Positions 14,713 to 27,385 of a stretch of 64,000 bases of DNA are shown piece after piece. Each line of letters starts with the position of its first letter. Position 1 is the stretch's first letter. The stretch is from Camelus dromedarius (Eukaryota), in the NCBI RefSeq assembly GCF_036321535.1, contig NC_087436.1, forward strand, positions 26,352,001 through 26,416,000. Reading direction: 5' to 3'. Made by a program: the position numbers and the translations under genes. The notes below the pieces were generated by a model. That model ran no database searches and was not told where the DNA came from. It saw nothing but the letters and a program-made list of their open reading frames with translations.

Positions 14713-14830
14713 TTTATTTTATTTTATTATTTTTTTATTGAAGTACGGTCAATTGTAATGTATCAGTTTCTGGTGTACGGCACAGTGTCCCAGTCTTGCA
14801 TGTACATACACGTACTCATTTTCATATTTA
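14713..14830 (-). mobile_element. Short L1 3' end (artiodactyl/camelid-type)
   Basis: T-rich tail followed by 'ttattgaagtacggtcaattgtaatgtatcagtttctggtgtacggcacagtg'; no clear TSD. Confidence 0.75.
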
Positions 14831-16890
14831 GAGACCTAGTATACAGAACTATAATTCAAACATGAGTCTATCCTTCCAAGAGTTATATATGTATATTACT
14901 ATAAAAATTAAAACCAAGGACTAGTAAGCACAGTGAAAAGAAAGTGGATATCAACATATACTTTTTTGTACTTTAATTTCTTTCTTGTACTAGAGATCTA
15001 ACAAATCTATTATGGCCCAAAAGGGGATTGTTACATGCTCCACTGTGATAGAAGAATGGGGAGTAAGAAAGGCAAAGCTTTTTTTTTTTTTTTTTTTGCT
15101 TTAAAAGTAAAGTTGGAATATACACTTTATGATGAAAGCTTTTATGCATTTAATGAAAGCTCTGGACTTCACTAATGTGATAGAAAATACTGAAAGGATT
15201 TTTAGCAGATGTATAATTTTGACAGATAGATTATGATTGAGTTCTAAAAACTTGGGACTTTGATCTATTATTAGAAAAATGTATTAATATTTTCATTTGA
15301 GGGCTGTAAGATTATAATAGATTCCTTTTCCATTCCAGAGAGCCATACAATTAAAGTCTTACTCTCAAAGATAATATGTAACATTTTGACTTAGGTTCAG
15401 AGTATGTACATACAATCTTTTTAAAAATTTTATTTTAAAATAAGAATCTTTCAACACACTTCCCCATGGTCGTGTTGTCAAGCTGGAAGTTGATCTTGTC
15501 TTTCTTGGAAATAAACCAAAGTAAGTCTTTGCTACAACCCCAAATTAACATAAAAATAAATAGAACTGTGCCAGTGTATAAATTTGACCCAGATTGTGCT
15601 CAAGTTGTAGGATGAATCATTTAACTGTAGTGGAAGAATTGCTTTTGAGTCAGAAAAATACTGATTATTATTATTTTTGTGTTTAAAACATTATCCTATT
15701 CTATAATGACTCATAATATGTACAGAATAAAATACAACATTCCTTGAAATATTCAAATAATAAAGGTGACTTACCAAATATCCACATTAAAAAAAGATAC
15801 ACAGTGTTGTACAGTGGTCTCTATGTCTTAAACTAAGCCAACTTGAAAGAAATGTTTGTTTAGTGACCTAAGGGTCAAAACCGCTGGGATCCCTGTTCAG
15901 ACAAGGACAGGCAGGGGATTCCAAAGATGACTGTAGGGCTCCACAGTGTAAATCTGGGAGCATCTTGACAGAAGTATGTCAGTTCTGACCTTAACTCCCG
16001 CTGAATGCCTTGTTCCTGTGAGAGAAAACCTCTCTTCTGCTGAACTGTTCAAAATTCATTTCCAATGTGCATTTGCTCTGCTCCACTCTGTCTGAAAATA
16101 TATGCAGGCAAAGTTGATTGACAGCCCTCTAGTTACCATACCATGAAGGTTGAAACCAGAAAGGCTATAGCTCTAATTCACTGACAGCTGAAAGCTACAG
16201 AACCTAATTTCTTAGGTTCGTTCTTAAATCTCTGCTCATTGTCCCAAGAGGAAAACAAATAATGGGGGATTACATAGGACTAATGGAACTCTGTATAGGA
16301 TAAGGGTGTAAATATGGAAATTGCAGTCATAAATTCTCTGCTCTTCTGAGAAGAAAAGAAATCACATTTATTCAAGTACTTCTCACAAAGATGGTTGATG
16401 AAATCATTTCATTTAGTAAGAAATATTTCTTTTTCAAGTAGGAAAATACAGAAGGCACATTTTCCTTATAATTTAATAATTAGTAAAATATAAAATTTTC
16501 CTGTAGAAAGATACTGAAATTCTGACGTAAACTGTCAACTGCCTCACCAAATATTCAAACCTAGCACCATTCTCTCTTTTTCATCTCTAAAATTCAGGCT
16601 ATGCAAGCTCGAGTCTTGATTCCTCTCTCTTTCTTGCATCTAGCATGATTCTATGGAAGAGGTCTGGTTATTGAATTATACTCTGAAGTTTAACTCGTGC
16701 TTTCCTTCCCTCTTCCTCCCACCCTCTTCTAACATAAACATGAATGTGATAGTAAGATGCAAGAGCTGTCTTCCAGTAATGGGAGAAACTCTCTCCCAAA
16801 TGAGATATATCAATTTGAACATTATTGATCCTTTATATTCTTTTATCCCAGTTTCTTGTTACATGAGAAAAATAATCTTATTTAAGCCAC

Positions 16891-17359
16891 TACAGTATGT
16901 TGAATAATTGCCCCCCTCTAGATGCTTTCATCCTAATCCTCAGAACCTGTGACTATGATACCATCCATGGTAAAATGGACTTTGCAGATACAATTTAGTT
17001 AAAGATCTTGAGATGGGACTTTATTGTAGATTATTGAGGGAGCCTAAGGTAATCAAAAGGTTCTTTTAAGTGACAGAGGGAGGCAGGAGGGACAGAGTCA
17101 GAGTCAGAGAGAGATTTAAGATGCCACCCTCCAGATTTTGAAGATGGAAGGAGGGTCCATGGGCCAGGTAATACACACATCCCCTAGAACCTAGAAAAGG
17201 CAAGGAAACAAATTCTCTTCTAGAGCCTTCAGAAGGAAACAGGCTTGCTGACCCATTTGAGACTTCTGAAGTCTAGAACTGTAAGTGAATGAAATTTGTG
17301 TTTTCTTAAGCTGCTGTGTTACTGGTAATTTGTTACAGCAATAATCAGAAACTCATTCA
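16891..17359 (+). mobile_element. MLT1D-like solo LTR inserted in an older MLT1 LTR (host about 16680-16890 and 17365-17406)
   Basis: Typical MLT1D motifs ('ggactttgcagat', 'aaggcaaggaaacaaattctcttctagagccttcagaagga', 'ggtaatttgttacagca'); 5-bp TSD gccac/gcccc. Confidence 0.85.
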
Positions 17360-17729
17360 GCCCCAATTTCTAGTATTTGCAATATAACTCAATCTTAATT
17401 GAAACAAGAATTCTTAGAGCTCAAAAAAACAGTCCAGAAAAGGCTCCCAAAGAAAACTGTAAAGCCAGCTAAATTTATCCCAATGGTAAATGATTCTTCT
17501 TTTGTTCAAGAATTCATGGTTAAATATTTATTTAATATGGAGAAATTTTTTAAAAACAGTACTTTCAAGAATGATCTAACTTGTTCAACAGTTTTTTTTT
17601 TTTCAAGAATGGTAAAATTACAGTGAATACACTTTTTTGAGAATGACTGACCCTTTAATAACATCCTTCAAAGGCTAAACATTTACTTAAAGTGGATGTT
17701 ATATGTAAATGCTTATTTACTAATGTCTT

Positions 17730-17875
17730 TTTTTAACATTTTTTATTGATTTATAATCATTTTACAATGTTGTGTCAAATTCCAGTGTAGAGCACAATTT
17801 TTCAGTTATACATGAACATATATTTATTCATTGTCACATTTTTTTCTCTGTGGGCTACCATAAGATCTTGTGTAT
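17730..17875 (-). mobile_element. Young camelid-type L1 3' end, same family as 7335-7677
   Basis: Reverse complement aligns with about 7521-7670; possible 7-bp TSD atgtctt (17723-17729 and 17876-17882). Confidence 0.88.
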
Positions 17876-17949
17876 ATGTCTTAAGCAAAATGGTATATGT
17901 GTGTATAAACAGACACACACACACAATTCAGGTTAATGGAGGAGTTAGT

Positions 17950-18230
17950 AGATGTGTCAGTTTCTTCAAAGTCTCCCACAGTCCTGCCTCCTGGCATAAA
18001 TGCTTTTGCATAATCTCTATCCTTGTGTGTGGGCATGACCTTTGATTTGCTTCTGACCAATAGAATATAGCAAAGGTGATGAAATGTACATGGTTGCATT
18101 ATATACGATTGCAGCTTTGGTCTTGCTGGAGTCTCTCTCTTTCCTTGCTGCCTTTAAAGAGACTCATGTTGTGAGGAACTGAGAATGCCTCTGGGAACTG
18201 AGTGACCTCCTGCTGAAAGGCAGCAAAGTT
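17950..18230 (+). mobile_element. MLT1 (E/F-like) LTR, partial
   Basis: 'gtgggcatgacctttgatttgcttctgaccaatagaatatagcaaaggtgatg', 'gaggaactgagaatgcctctgg'. Confidence 0.7.
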
Positions 18231-18784
18231 CCCCAGGGATAAAAGTATAGAAAGCACTGCAGTGATACACCTTCAGCCCCTGAAAACTGCTTTTTTGGGC
18301 TTTTTGTTCTTGTCGTTGCTTTGTTTTATTAGCTGAACAATAGTACTCTTATTTCAAGACCACTGCTAAAGTAACAACAACAACAAAATAGAATCTAAGC
18401 CACTTATACAACCGTGGCTCAAGTCCAGCCTGGCTCCATCCATCCAGTTGTGTATTAGTCCATCTATTAATCCATCCATTTATTCATACAACAGAAAAAT
18501 GACTTTAGTGTATATCATCTTCCAAGTCCCAAAGCAGGAATTCTTGATGATACAAGATGAAGGACAGAGCCCAGCCTCATTAATTGCTTATTATCTGCCT
18601 TACCCTAAATTTCCAGGCCCAAACTAGATCTATTTTAGGGGGCATATAAGTCAATCCTGGACTCATATGTCATCATTCAGCAGGCATATACTCTGTGACT
18701 AAAGTTAACTCTAATACAATTTGATTGACTCAGTTAGTAAGTGAATCCTTTTTAAAGAATAACATAGCACTTAAAATTATGAAT

Positions 18785-18985
18785 ACGTGGTGCTGAGTTT
18801 TGTAACTGAGTAAGAACTTTCAGCATGCAAATTTCAGCTACACCACTTTCTAGGCTTGTTACCTTGAGCAAATGACTTATGTAAATGTGTTTCCTCATCT
18901 GTATAGTCAGGATTACCATAGTACCTAACTAGTCAAATTGTTGGGAGATCTAAATGAGAAAATATGTAAAACATCTGGAACCACC
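18785..18985 (+). mobile_element. MIR SINE
   Basis: 'gttaccttgagcaaatgactta...tttcctcatctgtatagtcaggattaccatagtacctaac...aaatgagaaaatatgtaaa'. Confidence 0.75.
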
Positions 18986-19779
18986 CCCAAAAGAGTTTAA
19001 TGGATATCATATATAATTACGGATGAAGTTTCTTCCCCATTCGCCTAGTCTTCGTGAGGTGAGATTGTTCCTTAAACACTCCTAGCTCTTTCTCCACTGC
19101 TTCTTTCCCACGGAGGTGAGGGAGCTGTCTGGTAAGTGCTGGAGGTGCAAGTATGCATTCTTGGCCCAGTCCCTGCCTCCCTCCTTTCTCCTGGGGATCT
19201 GGCTGTTTCCCAGAAGTACGCTTTCTGTTCTAATGTTTGGGATGTCAAGTATTTTACAAGGACAGCTGTGTTCCTTTGGAGGAAGAGCAGCCATTTTCTA
19301 GCTATGTGTTACCAGTATAAGTCTACCTAAACCTGAGCCGCAGTTTAAGAACATATATGTGATTTTAATGAATGGTTATAATGTATATTTTTTACTAGTT
19401 AGGAATGTATTTCAGGAAAAGAGTACCAGTCAGAAGATGATTTTTGAGATGACGTATGTGGAAATTTTTTTTTTTTTTATGTTCTACCATTTATCTCAGT
19501 AAAATTTTGACAGCTTTAGTCTCAGAGAAACAAAGAACTTCATGATTCTCAGATAAGAAAAACGTGGTAAATAGCCTTCATGTATACACTAAAGATCCCA
19601 TGTGAAAATTTCCCCTATATGAGTTGATAGCTAATATAAGGAACCAGATTATCCACATATAATTAATGACTCTTCTCAGTAAACTGGAAACTAATTTGAA
19701 AAAATTTACTAATTTTTTCCAAATCTATTCATTACATACTAATATTTAAATATTAAATTGCATAATTTTGGCTATAGTA

Positions 19780-19926
19780 TTTTTTAATTTTTATTTTATT
19801 TATTTATTTGGGGGGATAATTAGATTTATCTATTTATTTATTTTTAGAGGAGGTAATGGGGATTGAACCCAGGACCTTGTTCTTGCTAAGCATGTGCTCT
19901 AGCACTTAAGCTATATTCTCCCCCCC
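19780..19926 (-). mobile_element. tRNA-derived camelid SINE (Vic-1-like)
   Basis: Reverse complement of the 41551 element: tRNA-like head with A box (tagcttaagtgctag) and B box (ggttcaatccc), and an AT-rich tail. Confidence 0.88.
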
Positions 19927-19969
19927 TAGATTATACTATTTAAAAATGTTTCTTAAGTACTGTCTTACA

Positions 19970-20330
19970 CCACAACTGATTGTGTAAGTTGGTATTGTTT
20001 TGAAAAGCAATTGATGATACGTATTAAGGTTTCCAAATAGTTATATAGATTACCCAAATATCTTATGTAATCCATCCTAAAGAAATAATCAGAAATAAAT
20101 AGAGTAATATTTCAGCACATATATGTTTCTTAAAACAATTTAAAATTGTGAAAAATTAAAAGAAACCTCAGTAGTCAATGATATAGAAAGACCTAGTAAT
20201 CTTTGATACAGCCATAACTTCTAGTTTAGACATTGCTACAGTTAATGGCTATAAATTATAGTTAATGGCAAGAGTAAGCAAATGTGCAATAATCTTAAGT
20301 CAAAAGCAAAGTTTCTAAAATTATGTCGAC
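19970..20330 (+). mobile_element. Old L1 (L1ME-like) 3' fragment
   Basis: 'ttttgaaaagcaattg', 'atccatcctaaagaaataatcaga', 'aaaaattaaaagaaacct'. Confidence 0.5.
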
Positions 20331-21917
20331 AGTATTATAGCAGCAATGTTAAAACAACATGAATATAAACCACAATAGCAACAATCTACAAGGAAACTCC
20401 AATACAAAATAGGGATTATTTTAAGGTTGTGGTTTTCAGGCTGTTCCCCAAATCTCTCCCTCTTTTGTTGTATTTTCAATTTTCTAAATAACCATTTTTG
20501 TTTTGTAATTACTTTTTAAAAAATTATTACCTTTTTTACTAGGAAAACATTTTCCTATTTTACTTATTTAAAAACTCAAAGTTCACTGATTAAAATTTTG
20601 CTTAGAATTAAAACATACATCCAGCTTATTGCTATAATAAATTTTTGGCTCCCTAGTTAGTGTGGATTACAAATCTCCATAGTACATTTAGAATTTTTAA
20701 AGCAATGCATTTGATTTAATTTTGAGATTAACTGCAGGAGGCAATCCTGTGTATCAGCAGGATCAGCATATGTATTCAGGTAGATTGTCCAGGTGGTGTC
20801 AGTAACTGCCCACCTCTAACACCAACTCCCACCTCTTATCAAGCTGCATCTGCTGATTCGTCCAAGCATTTGAACTCTGTTCATGGCTGGGATTCAGATA
20901 TGTACAGGGGGATCTAGTGAACCCATCTTGGAGGAGCCAAGTAGCCTTTCAGAAAGAAATCCAGCACAATTCACAGGACCTGGAATGGAACACTCAGTCG
21001 TAGACAGCTCTGTGTCCTAAGAAATGATTGCTCATAAGAAAGAAAGAGTTTTAAGATCTGGGCCCTTAAACAACTTTGTCACGGGATCTCCCTAAAATAC
21101 TCATAGTAGGGAAAGGACACTTTCCCTACTAGCAAAGAGAAATGGGAACTTTATCCATGTCATGCAGTTAGGGTACATCATTTGACAGCCCAGTAAAGGG
21201 GCAGATATGCCAGCAGTGCATGAAGGAGGGTGGGCATCTGTGGCAGATTGTGCACAGCAATGTGGGCATGGCCTAAGCAGCACCCCCTCCACCCCTCCTA
21301 CAAATGGATGTGGCTTATAAAGTTCCTGGGTGACAAGAGTGGTCAGTGGCAGTGGTGTCTCCTGAGACTGCGGGAATATGGTGCAAAAGCCTGGGGACTG
21401 TAACCCAGGGGCTTGAACAATAAGTTTCCACAGTGCATTGAATACTCTGGGAACTGAAAAAAAGTAAAAGAAAAAGAAATGGAAAGAAACCTGAAAAAAC
21501 AATGGCCTGCTGCATTTTTGCAGTTAAGATATCATCCATCTAGCATGCCATGAATATGACTTTTAATGTGATTTAATTAGGCTGGTTCGGTTTAAGGACA
21601 TTCAAGTAACTTATTTTTCCTCTTTCATCTATCAAGTGGCAAGTGAAGATGTATGTGTTACATCTATATCATGTTTTTTGCAAGATTATAGTTAAGTAAT
21701 GCTCAATACATTTGCAATTACAGTACGTTAAAATAGTCTATTTTATGCTGATGCAAACTCGACCCAAAATACTTGTTACAAATTGCATTTACGTTTTCAA
21801 TATTTTAAGAAAGATTTGAGTGTGTTAATGTCCCTAGAAATAATTCACCATTCTCTTGGTTGTCAAAAAATAAAATAAATTTGGAATTACAGAGCATGTG
21901 TGAGCCCTGAATCAGAG

Positions 21918-22038
21918 CTGGAAGATACCTTAGAGATAATGCACTTCAAGGTTCTCATATTATATGCAACAGATATGCAAAAGCTACTGTAGAGAATTAA
22001 TTAACTTGCCCAAATCACATAGCTAGTTAATAACATGC
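21918..22038 (-). repeat. MIR-like fragment; copy 1 of a 121-bp local duplication
   Basis: Matches 22683-22803 at 112/121 nt by eye; reverse MIR-like motif 'taacttgcccaaatcacatagctagttaa'. Confidence 0.85.
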
Positions 22039-22441
22039 CTGAAGTCACATAACGAGGCAATGGCAACAGTCTTAAATCCACGTCTCCACTACAAAGTACT
22101 GCCAACTCTGGTTTTGTTTCTACTCTCTGATAATTCAGAGAACTTTTCACTAAAAATGAAAAATGGAAATTAACCTGAGACTGGAATAAGTAGACTGGTT
22201 AATACTTCAGTGGGGCAGTTATGTGAGTATAGCTAGTTAATAAAAGGAGTGTATCACTGTGGTAATCAACTACTCTTGGAAGTATATCTGTACAAATTAG
22301 GCCAGTATGCAATTAGTGAATTTCATATATTTCATTTCAATTACCCTTTGTTGTATTTTGAAAAATTAAAATGATCCTACTAAGAAATTACTTATTGTTT
22401 GTATTCTTAGACTTTGATTGTAGGAAAGTGGTCCATATCCT

Positions 22442-22682
22442 TTTTGGGGCCCAGAGTAGGCTACTCCAAATGTGCCTCAATAGCATATCAATTATTTTAA
22501 ATTAAAATTACTTAAGAAATGACCAATACAAGAGGGACACTCTGGCCTTCTCTTCTGTCTCCCTGAAAGTAGGAGGTAAAGCTCTTATGTGAAAAATGCA
22601 CTCCCTGCACCTGGAGGTGGAAGGACACCCTTAACATCAAAGATGATAGGAAATTCAGGCCAAGAATCCTATGTAAACAAAC
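22442..22682 (+). mobile_element. ERV1 LTR (MER34-like), 5' half only
   Basis: Collinear with the 5' half of the LTRs at 39778 (+) and 54289-54834 (-); stops abruptly at 'atgtaaacaaac'. Confidence 0.8.
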
Positions 22683-22803
22683 CTGGAAGATGCCTTAGAG
22701 ATAATGCACTTCAAGGCTCTCATATTATATGCAATAGATATGTAAAAGCCAGTGTAGAGAATTAATTAACTTGCCAAAATCACATAGCTATTTAGTAACA
22801 TGC
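22683..22803 (-). repeat. Copy 2 of the 121-bp duplication
   Basis: Direct repeat of 21918-22038 at an offset of 765 bp. Confidence 0.9.
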
Positions 22804-22903
22804 TTCCTGAAGCCATATTCTTTCATCTCCTTGCAGGCCTACCTGCATGTTTTAAGAATAGGATCCTACCATACCTCCCTAGATTTCTGTCACAGTTTCA
22901 GGT

Positions 22904-23080
22904 TGTAAGTAGATTTAGCTTCATACCTTCCACTTGCCTGTGCAGAGCCTCTCTCCATCCTTTTTCTCCTTACTCTCAGCCCAGAAGGCAGAGCTATATG
23001 GCTGGCATCAGCAGAGTTCTCACACCTTCCAGCTTTCATCTGGATTTGGCCAATGAGAAGCATCAAAGAATTTTGAAGAG
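22904..23080 (-). mobile_element. LTR16-like ERVL LTR fragment
   Basis: 'tatatggctggcatcagcagagttctcacaccttccagctttcatctggatttggccaatgagaagca' resembles LTR16; orientation uncertain. Confidence 0.5.
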
Positions 23081-23562
23081 TTGATATTAGAGGAATTATA
23101 TCTTCCGGCGGAGAAAGTCCTGAGAGAGATTTTCAGTTGGCTCCTTGCTTCTGGAAACCATCTAAATTGTCAGTCAGGAGACATTCTGGACCTGCTGTGG
23201 TTTTGTACCCTGATCCTTGAGAATCCTGAGCCTGAGCTCTGTGCCATTTCTAGGTCAACCAAAGTGCAGGAATCTGCTTTCTACTAAGTGGCCTGAATCC
23301 AGTGATAATTTCTGTGTAGAATTTCAGGACCATGACCAGCAGGTTGTTCTGCTTCTGCAAACCAGGATCCCAACATGAAACCAAGTTTTAATTGCTCTAA
23401 AGTTGAACAGAGGAAAAACACTACTCTTATGTCTGAAAAAAGACCTCTACACAAGCTGCGATGTTGCCTTCCTGCTACAAGTGCAACTGAATTGCTTTAC
23501 TTTGCAGAAATAGGTGGAAACATCTTGTTTTAGCTGAGAAATATGTGAAAGAATAAAGCATA

Positions 23563-23722
23563 GACCTGTGCTGTGCAATACTGTAGCTACTAGCCACATG
23601 CAGCTAAATAAACTAAATTAAATAAGAGTAAATATAATTAAAAATATAGTTCCACTTGTCACTTGGTTATTGGTGACTAAATTGAACAGCACAGATTGTA
23701 GAATCTTTCTATCATTGCAGAA
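23563..23722. mobile_element. MER3/MER33-like hAT-Charlie DNA transposon remnant
   Basis: 'gtgctgtgcaatactgtagctactagccacatgcagcta' and 'tttctatcattgcagaaagttctagtacagcact'. Confidence 0.75.
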
Positions 23723-23844
23723 AGTTCTAGTACAGCACTATATAGTAACCATTATGGAAACAGACTTATTCAAAACACATTTAGGATCAACTCTCTAAAT
23801 CTTCTGGAGCTTCTTCAAGTTAATAAAGCAAACAAAGAAATAAA

Positions 23845-24062
23845 AGCAGCTGACATTTATTGAATATTAATAAAATGCCAGGCCCTGTACTTGGTTCTTC
23901 TCGTGGATTAATTCACTTAATCCTCAAAAATCTCTATTACTTGTATATTATTAGTATCCCACCTACTAGTATTTTTACAGCTAGTAATTGGTGCAGGCAA
24001 AATTAGAATCCAGATAATCTGACTCCAATGCGTAGATCTTAACAATCACACTCTACTGACTT
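23845..24062 (-). mobile_element. MIR SINE
   Basis: 'acatttattgaata...tgccaggccctgtact...ttaattcacttaatcctca...gaatccagataatctgactcca'. Confidence 0.75.
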
Positions 24063-24228
24063 CCTAAAAACTGGATACTGAATTATTTGGGACTTTTATT
24101 TTCCTATGAATGAAAAACACCAGGTAACCATTATAAAGTAAAATAAGACATTTTTTTAATACCTTGCAAGTATACAATGTTTCTCAAGAAGATTTTAAAA
24201 TGCCTCTATCATATGAATTGAATACCAC

Positions 24229-24694
24229 TGGCAATGAAAAAAATTAATCAATAGTCAATCTAAGAAATAAATGGGGAATTTTATTTGAGCCAACTTGAGG
24301 ATTATAACCCAGGAGCTAGTCTCTTAGAGAGCTCTGAAAACTGTTCCAAAGAGGTAAAGTGAGAAGGCCAGTATATATGTGATTTTGGCAAAGGGGTCCG
24401 TGCAGTCAAGCTCACATCTCAGTAGAAGGTTGCTGCTAGCTTTCAGGAACAGACATCGTAGTTAATGATTCAGTGCTCTTATAAGTATGGGAAGATGCAA
24501 GAAACTGTGTTCACAAAATCTTATCCTAAAATATTTAGTTATTTTGAGGGCCAGTTCTGTTGGTTATCCCAGAGCACAAAGTGCCTCATCCTGATCTCCA
24601 CTCTGAATACCTTTTGGGTTATATTTTATGTCAGCTAGTGCAGTGACTAATGACTTGATTCTTGTAGAACTGGATAGTGATTCTTTATTTTATA
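24229..24694 (-). mobile_element. ERV1 3' LTR (related to 39853-40286)
   Basis: Minus-strand AATAAA ('ttttatttgag'); shares 'gaggattataacccagga..agtctct..gagagctctga' and 'gtatgggaagatgcaaga' with the 39853 LTR; preceded on the minus strand by a polypurine tract. Confidence 0.8.
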
Positions 24695-24706
24695 GTTCCT
24701 TCTCTT

Positions 24707-24729
24707 TGCAGTCAAATGCTCTACCACTG
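24707..24729 (-). pseudogene. tRNA-Cys(GCA) fragment (nt 13-35), tailless retropseudogene
   Basis: Minus strand CAGTGGTAGAGCATTTGACTGCA is identical to the D-arm-to-anticodon part of mammalian tRNA-Cys-GCA as I recall it; flanked by 17-bp direct repeats at 24691-24707 and 24730-24746 (15/17 identical). Confidence 0.88.
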
Positions 24730-24746
24730 TACAATTCCTTCTCTTT

Positions 24747-25570
24747 GAATCTTAATTTCGACCAAGGTTTGGGAAGCATTTTGTGATCAGTTTGTCCCAC
24801 GGTGCTAGGAATGCTTATTCCTAGATCAGGGGAGGATTTTGTTGATAGGCTACTCAATGTAGCTTATTACTGGACTAGGCCCTGTTAACAGTAACCAAAA
24901 GCCTTGAGACCACCTATCTTACTAATTATTATGATCCAGGAAATTGTCCCTCTTGTTCCTTCTTCCCATATCTAGAGTTACACTATTACAATCATTGATC
25001 TTTTAAAACTATATTTTTGATCAATCATTTCATCTAATCATCATTAATTTTATCTGAGGCTCAGTCACACATTTGGTAATGCAAGAAACAATAATCTTGT
25101 AAAATAAGCAGAATACAAGTAACATAGCTAGTAACATTAATAAAGTCATTAAGTAAATATTTAAGTTAAGAACTTCCATTAGATGTAGCCCAGTACCTCT
25201 CCAGTTCCTCTGACCAGTCTGTTCTGCACCAGTCTGTTATTGCATCTTTAAGGCTAATAATATATTGGCATTGTACATAAAGTTCACCAAAGATGTCTGC
25301 TTGTACAAGGCAAGCAGTGGGTCATCGGGACCCCTTATAAGATTGAGATAGGAGTGCTGTCTTCTAAAGAGTTACATGGCTGGTGACAAAAAAGGAAAAA
25401 CTGATCTTTATGGTTGAGTAGGTATTTCTGCCATTGGGGAGGTCTGGTTAACATATAATGCAGCTGCACAATGCACACTACAGGGAAGGGAGAAGGCCAA
25501 AGGGCAGAGGGAAAGTTTTATGCTTGAATTTTCATTGTCTTACCTTAAAGTGTGAATTTTTATGTCATCA
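24747..25570 (-). mobile_element. ERV internal sequence (3' end), degraded
   Basis: Contiguous with the PPT and 3' LTR; no intact ORF; right boundary approximate. Confidence 0.5.
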
Positions 25571-26784
25571 CCATATATTTCCTTTAAATTAAAAAATCTA
25601 GAGTATATTAAATTTCATTTTATTCAAGACAGTTTGGCCATTGTTAAAAACATACTGGTAATTTGTACAGAATTTGGGAAATATATTATTGATAACTCAT
25701 TCCTTTACAAACATCAGTAGGATGTATATGCTGTTTTCTTTATTTTTTATAAATTAGCTACTCTTAAAACATCTCAATTTTTAAAAAGTAAGAAAATTAA
25801 TTGGCATAATAGTTGATGATTTAGTTCCCTTAAATCATTTACTGTGTCATTTCAGGGCCTTAATTAGCATAAGGTTAAAGTGCATAAGGAAAAAATTATG
25901 CTTAGCTATGGTTATAATCATTATAGCCATGATTAAGAAATGAACATTTTACTGATGAGTAGCATTGTTAGCACTATTATTATTAATTATATTCAAATAT
26001 AGGACTTAATCTTTAAAAAAATGTTTATTTTTTGTTATCTCATAAATTGTGTCTTTGGAGCACTACTACCCTTCTATTTACATAATATAGGAACATACAG
26101 GAAAAGTAAATTCAGTAATGAAATATTTTAATGTCTTATTGTAGCAGAAATATATAGATTACAAAACTAAAATTAATTTTATTTGCATACTTACAAAGAT
26201 ATCTTTAAAATAATGAAATATCTTTTGGTAATAAATGTGTCTTTTTGCAAATAGAAAACTGCTTCTTCATTTTTTTCTTATTGGCAGCATTTTGGTTTTG
26301 CATAAGTTAGTGTTTCCTGCTGTGCTAAACATTAATTCAGAAAGGATGATTGACAGCAACTTAGGTATTCAAAGGCCAAGTTGCACAGATCAGACCAGAT
26401 TAACTTCTTTACTTCCCAATATTCAAATAGGATATTTTTTTGATACCCTCAAGAGGTTTCTGGAGATTGCAGTGCATCGTTGCATCTACTAATTGCTCAT
26501 CATGTTTCTCAACCTGTATGGAAAATGACAAGTGAGATTTTTCCACAATATGCTTCTTCTACTGTTGAAGGAAATTTATTTTTTGGGAAAAAAAAAAAAG
26601 CGGGGCAATACAGCATCATTCATTGTGGTTTTGAAATTTGAAATTATATCCATAACCATATTTTCAATTATTATTTATTAATATTTTAGGACATTAAAAG
26701 TAGGAAGCATATTGACTTTTTTTCTCAGTCACTTTTCTAAGTAGTATCTCTGTAGTATCCATTTAGTTGACAAGTTATGTACTG

Positions 26785-27385
26785 TGTAGCAAAGAATTAA
26801 CTTGGTAGGCCTGGGTTGTGCAAACCCTGTACATTCTAAAGAAAGGTTTAGCCCTTGACTAGCTCCTGGGACATAACTCCTAAAACCTTGCAGTATCCTG
26901 CTTAATGGGAGTGTTTTTGTTTACCTGAAGCTTTGGCTGTTACCAAGTGGTCTATGCTAACAATCTAATTTAAAGTGGAGTTCTCAGGCCATGCAGTATC
27001 AGTTTGACTTCTGGAGGGGCTGGAGACTGAGGAAACCAAGTCTGCCAGGCAGATGCTCCATACCTACATGATCAACCCCCAATAAAACCCCTGGTCACCA
27101 AGTCCTGGATGAGCTTCCAAGGTCGGCAACACTTCGTATGTATCATCACACATATTTACTGGGAAGATTGAGCGTTATCAGCACGACTCCATAGGGAGAA
27201 TACAACTGGAAACTTGTGCCTGTCTCATTTGGACTCTGTCCTATGCCCTTTTTCCCTTTGCTGATTTCAGCTGATTTCTGTTTATAACAGCAAACTGTAG
27301 CTGTGAGTAGATCAGCTTTTCTGAGTTCTCAGAGTCTGGTGGATCATTAAACCGGAAGGTGGTCTTAGGGATCCACTGAAAGCAC
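26785..27385 (+). mobile_element. MER21-like LTR
   Basis: 'ctcctgggacataactcctaaaaccttg', 'cccccaataaaacccctgg', 'gagaatacaactggaaacttgtgcctg', 'gctttttctgagttct'-like motif. Confidence 0.75.

Noticed and set aside
24707..24729. ERV primer-binding site
   Set aside because: A PBS is complementary to the 3' 18 nt of a tRNA and lies just downstream of the 5' LTR. This sequence is the tRNA's 5' half, in sense orientation to the ERV, at the PPT.
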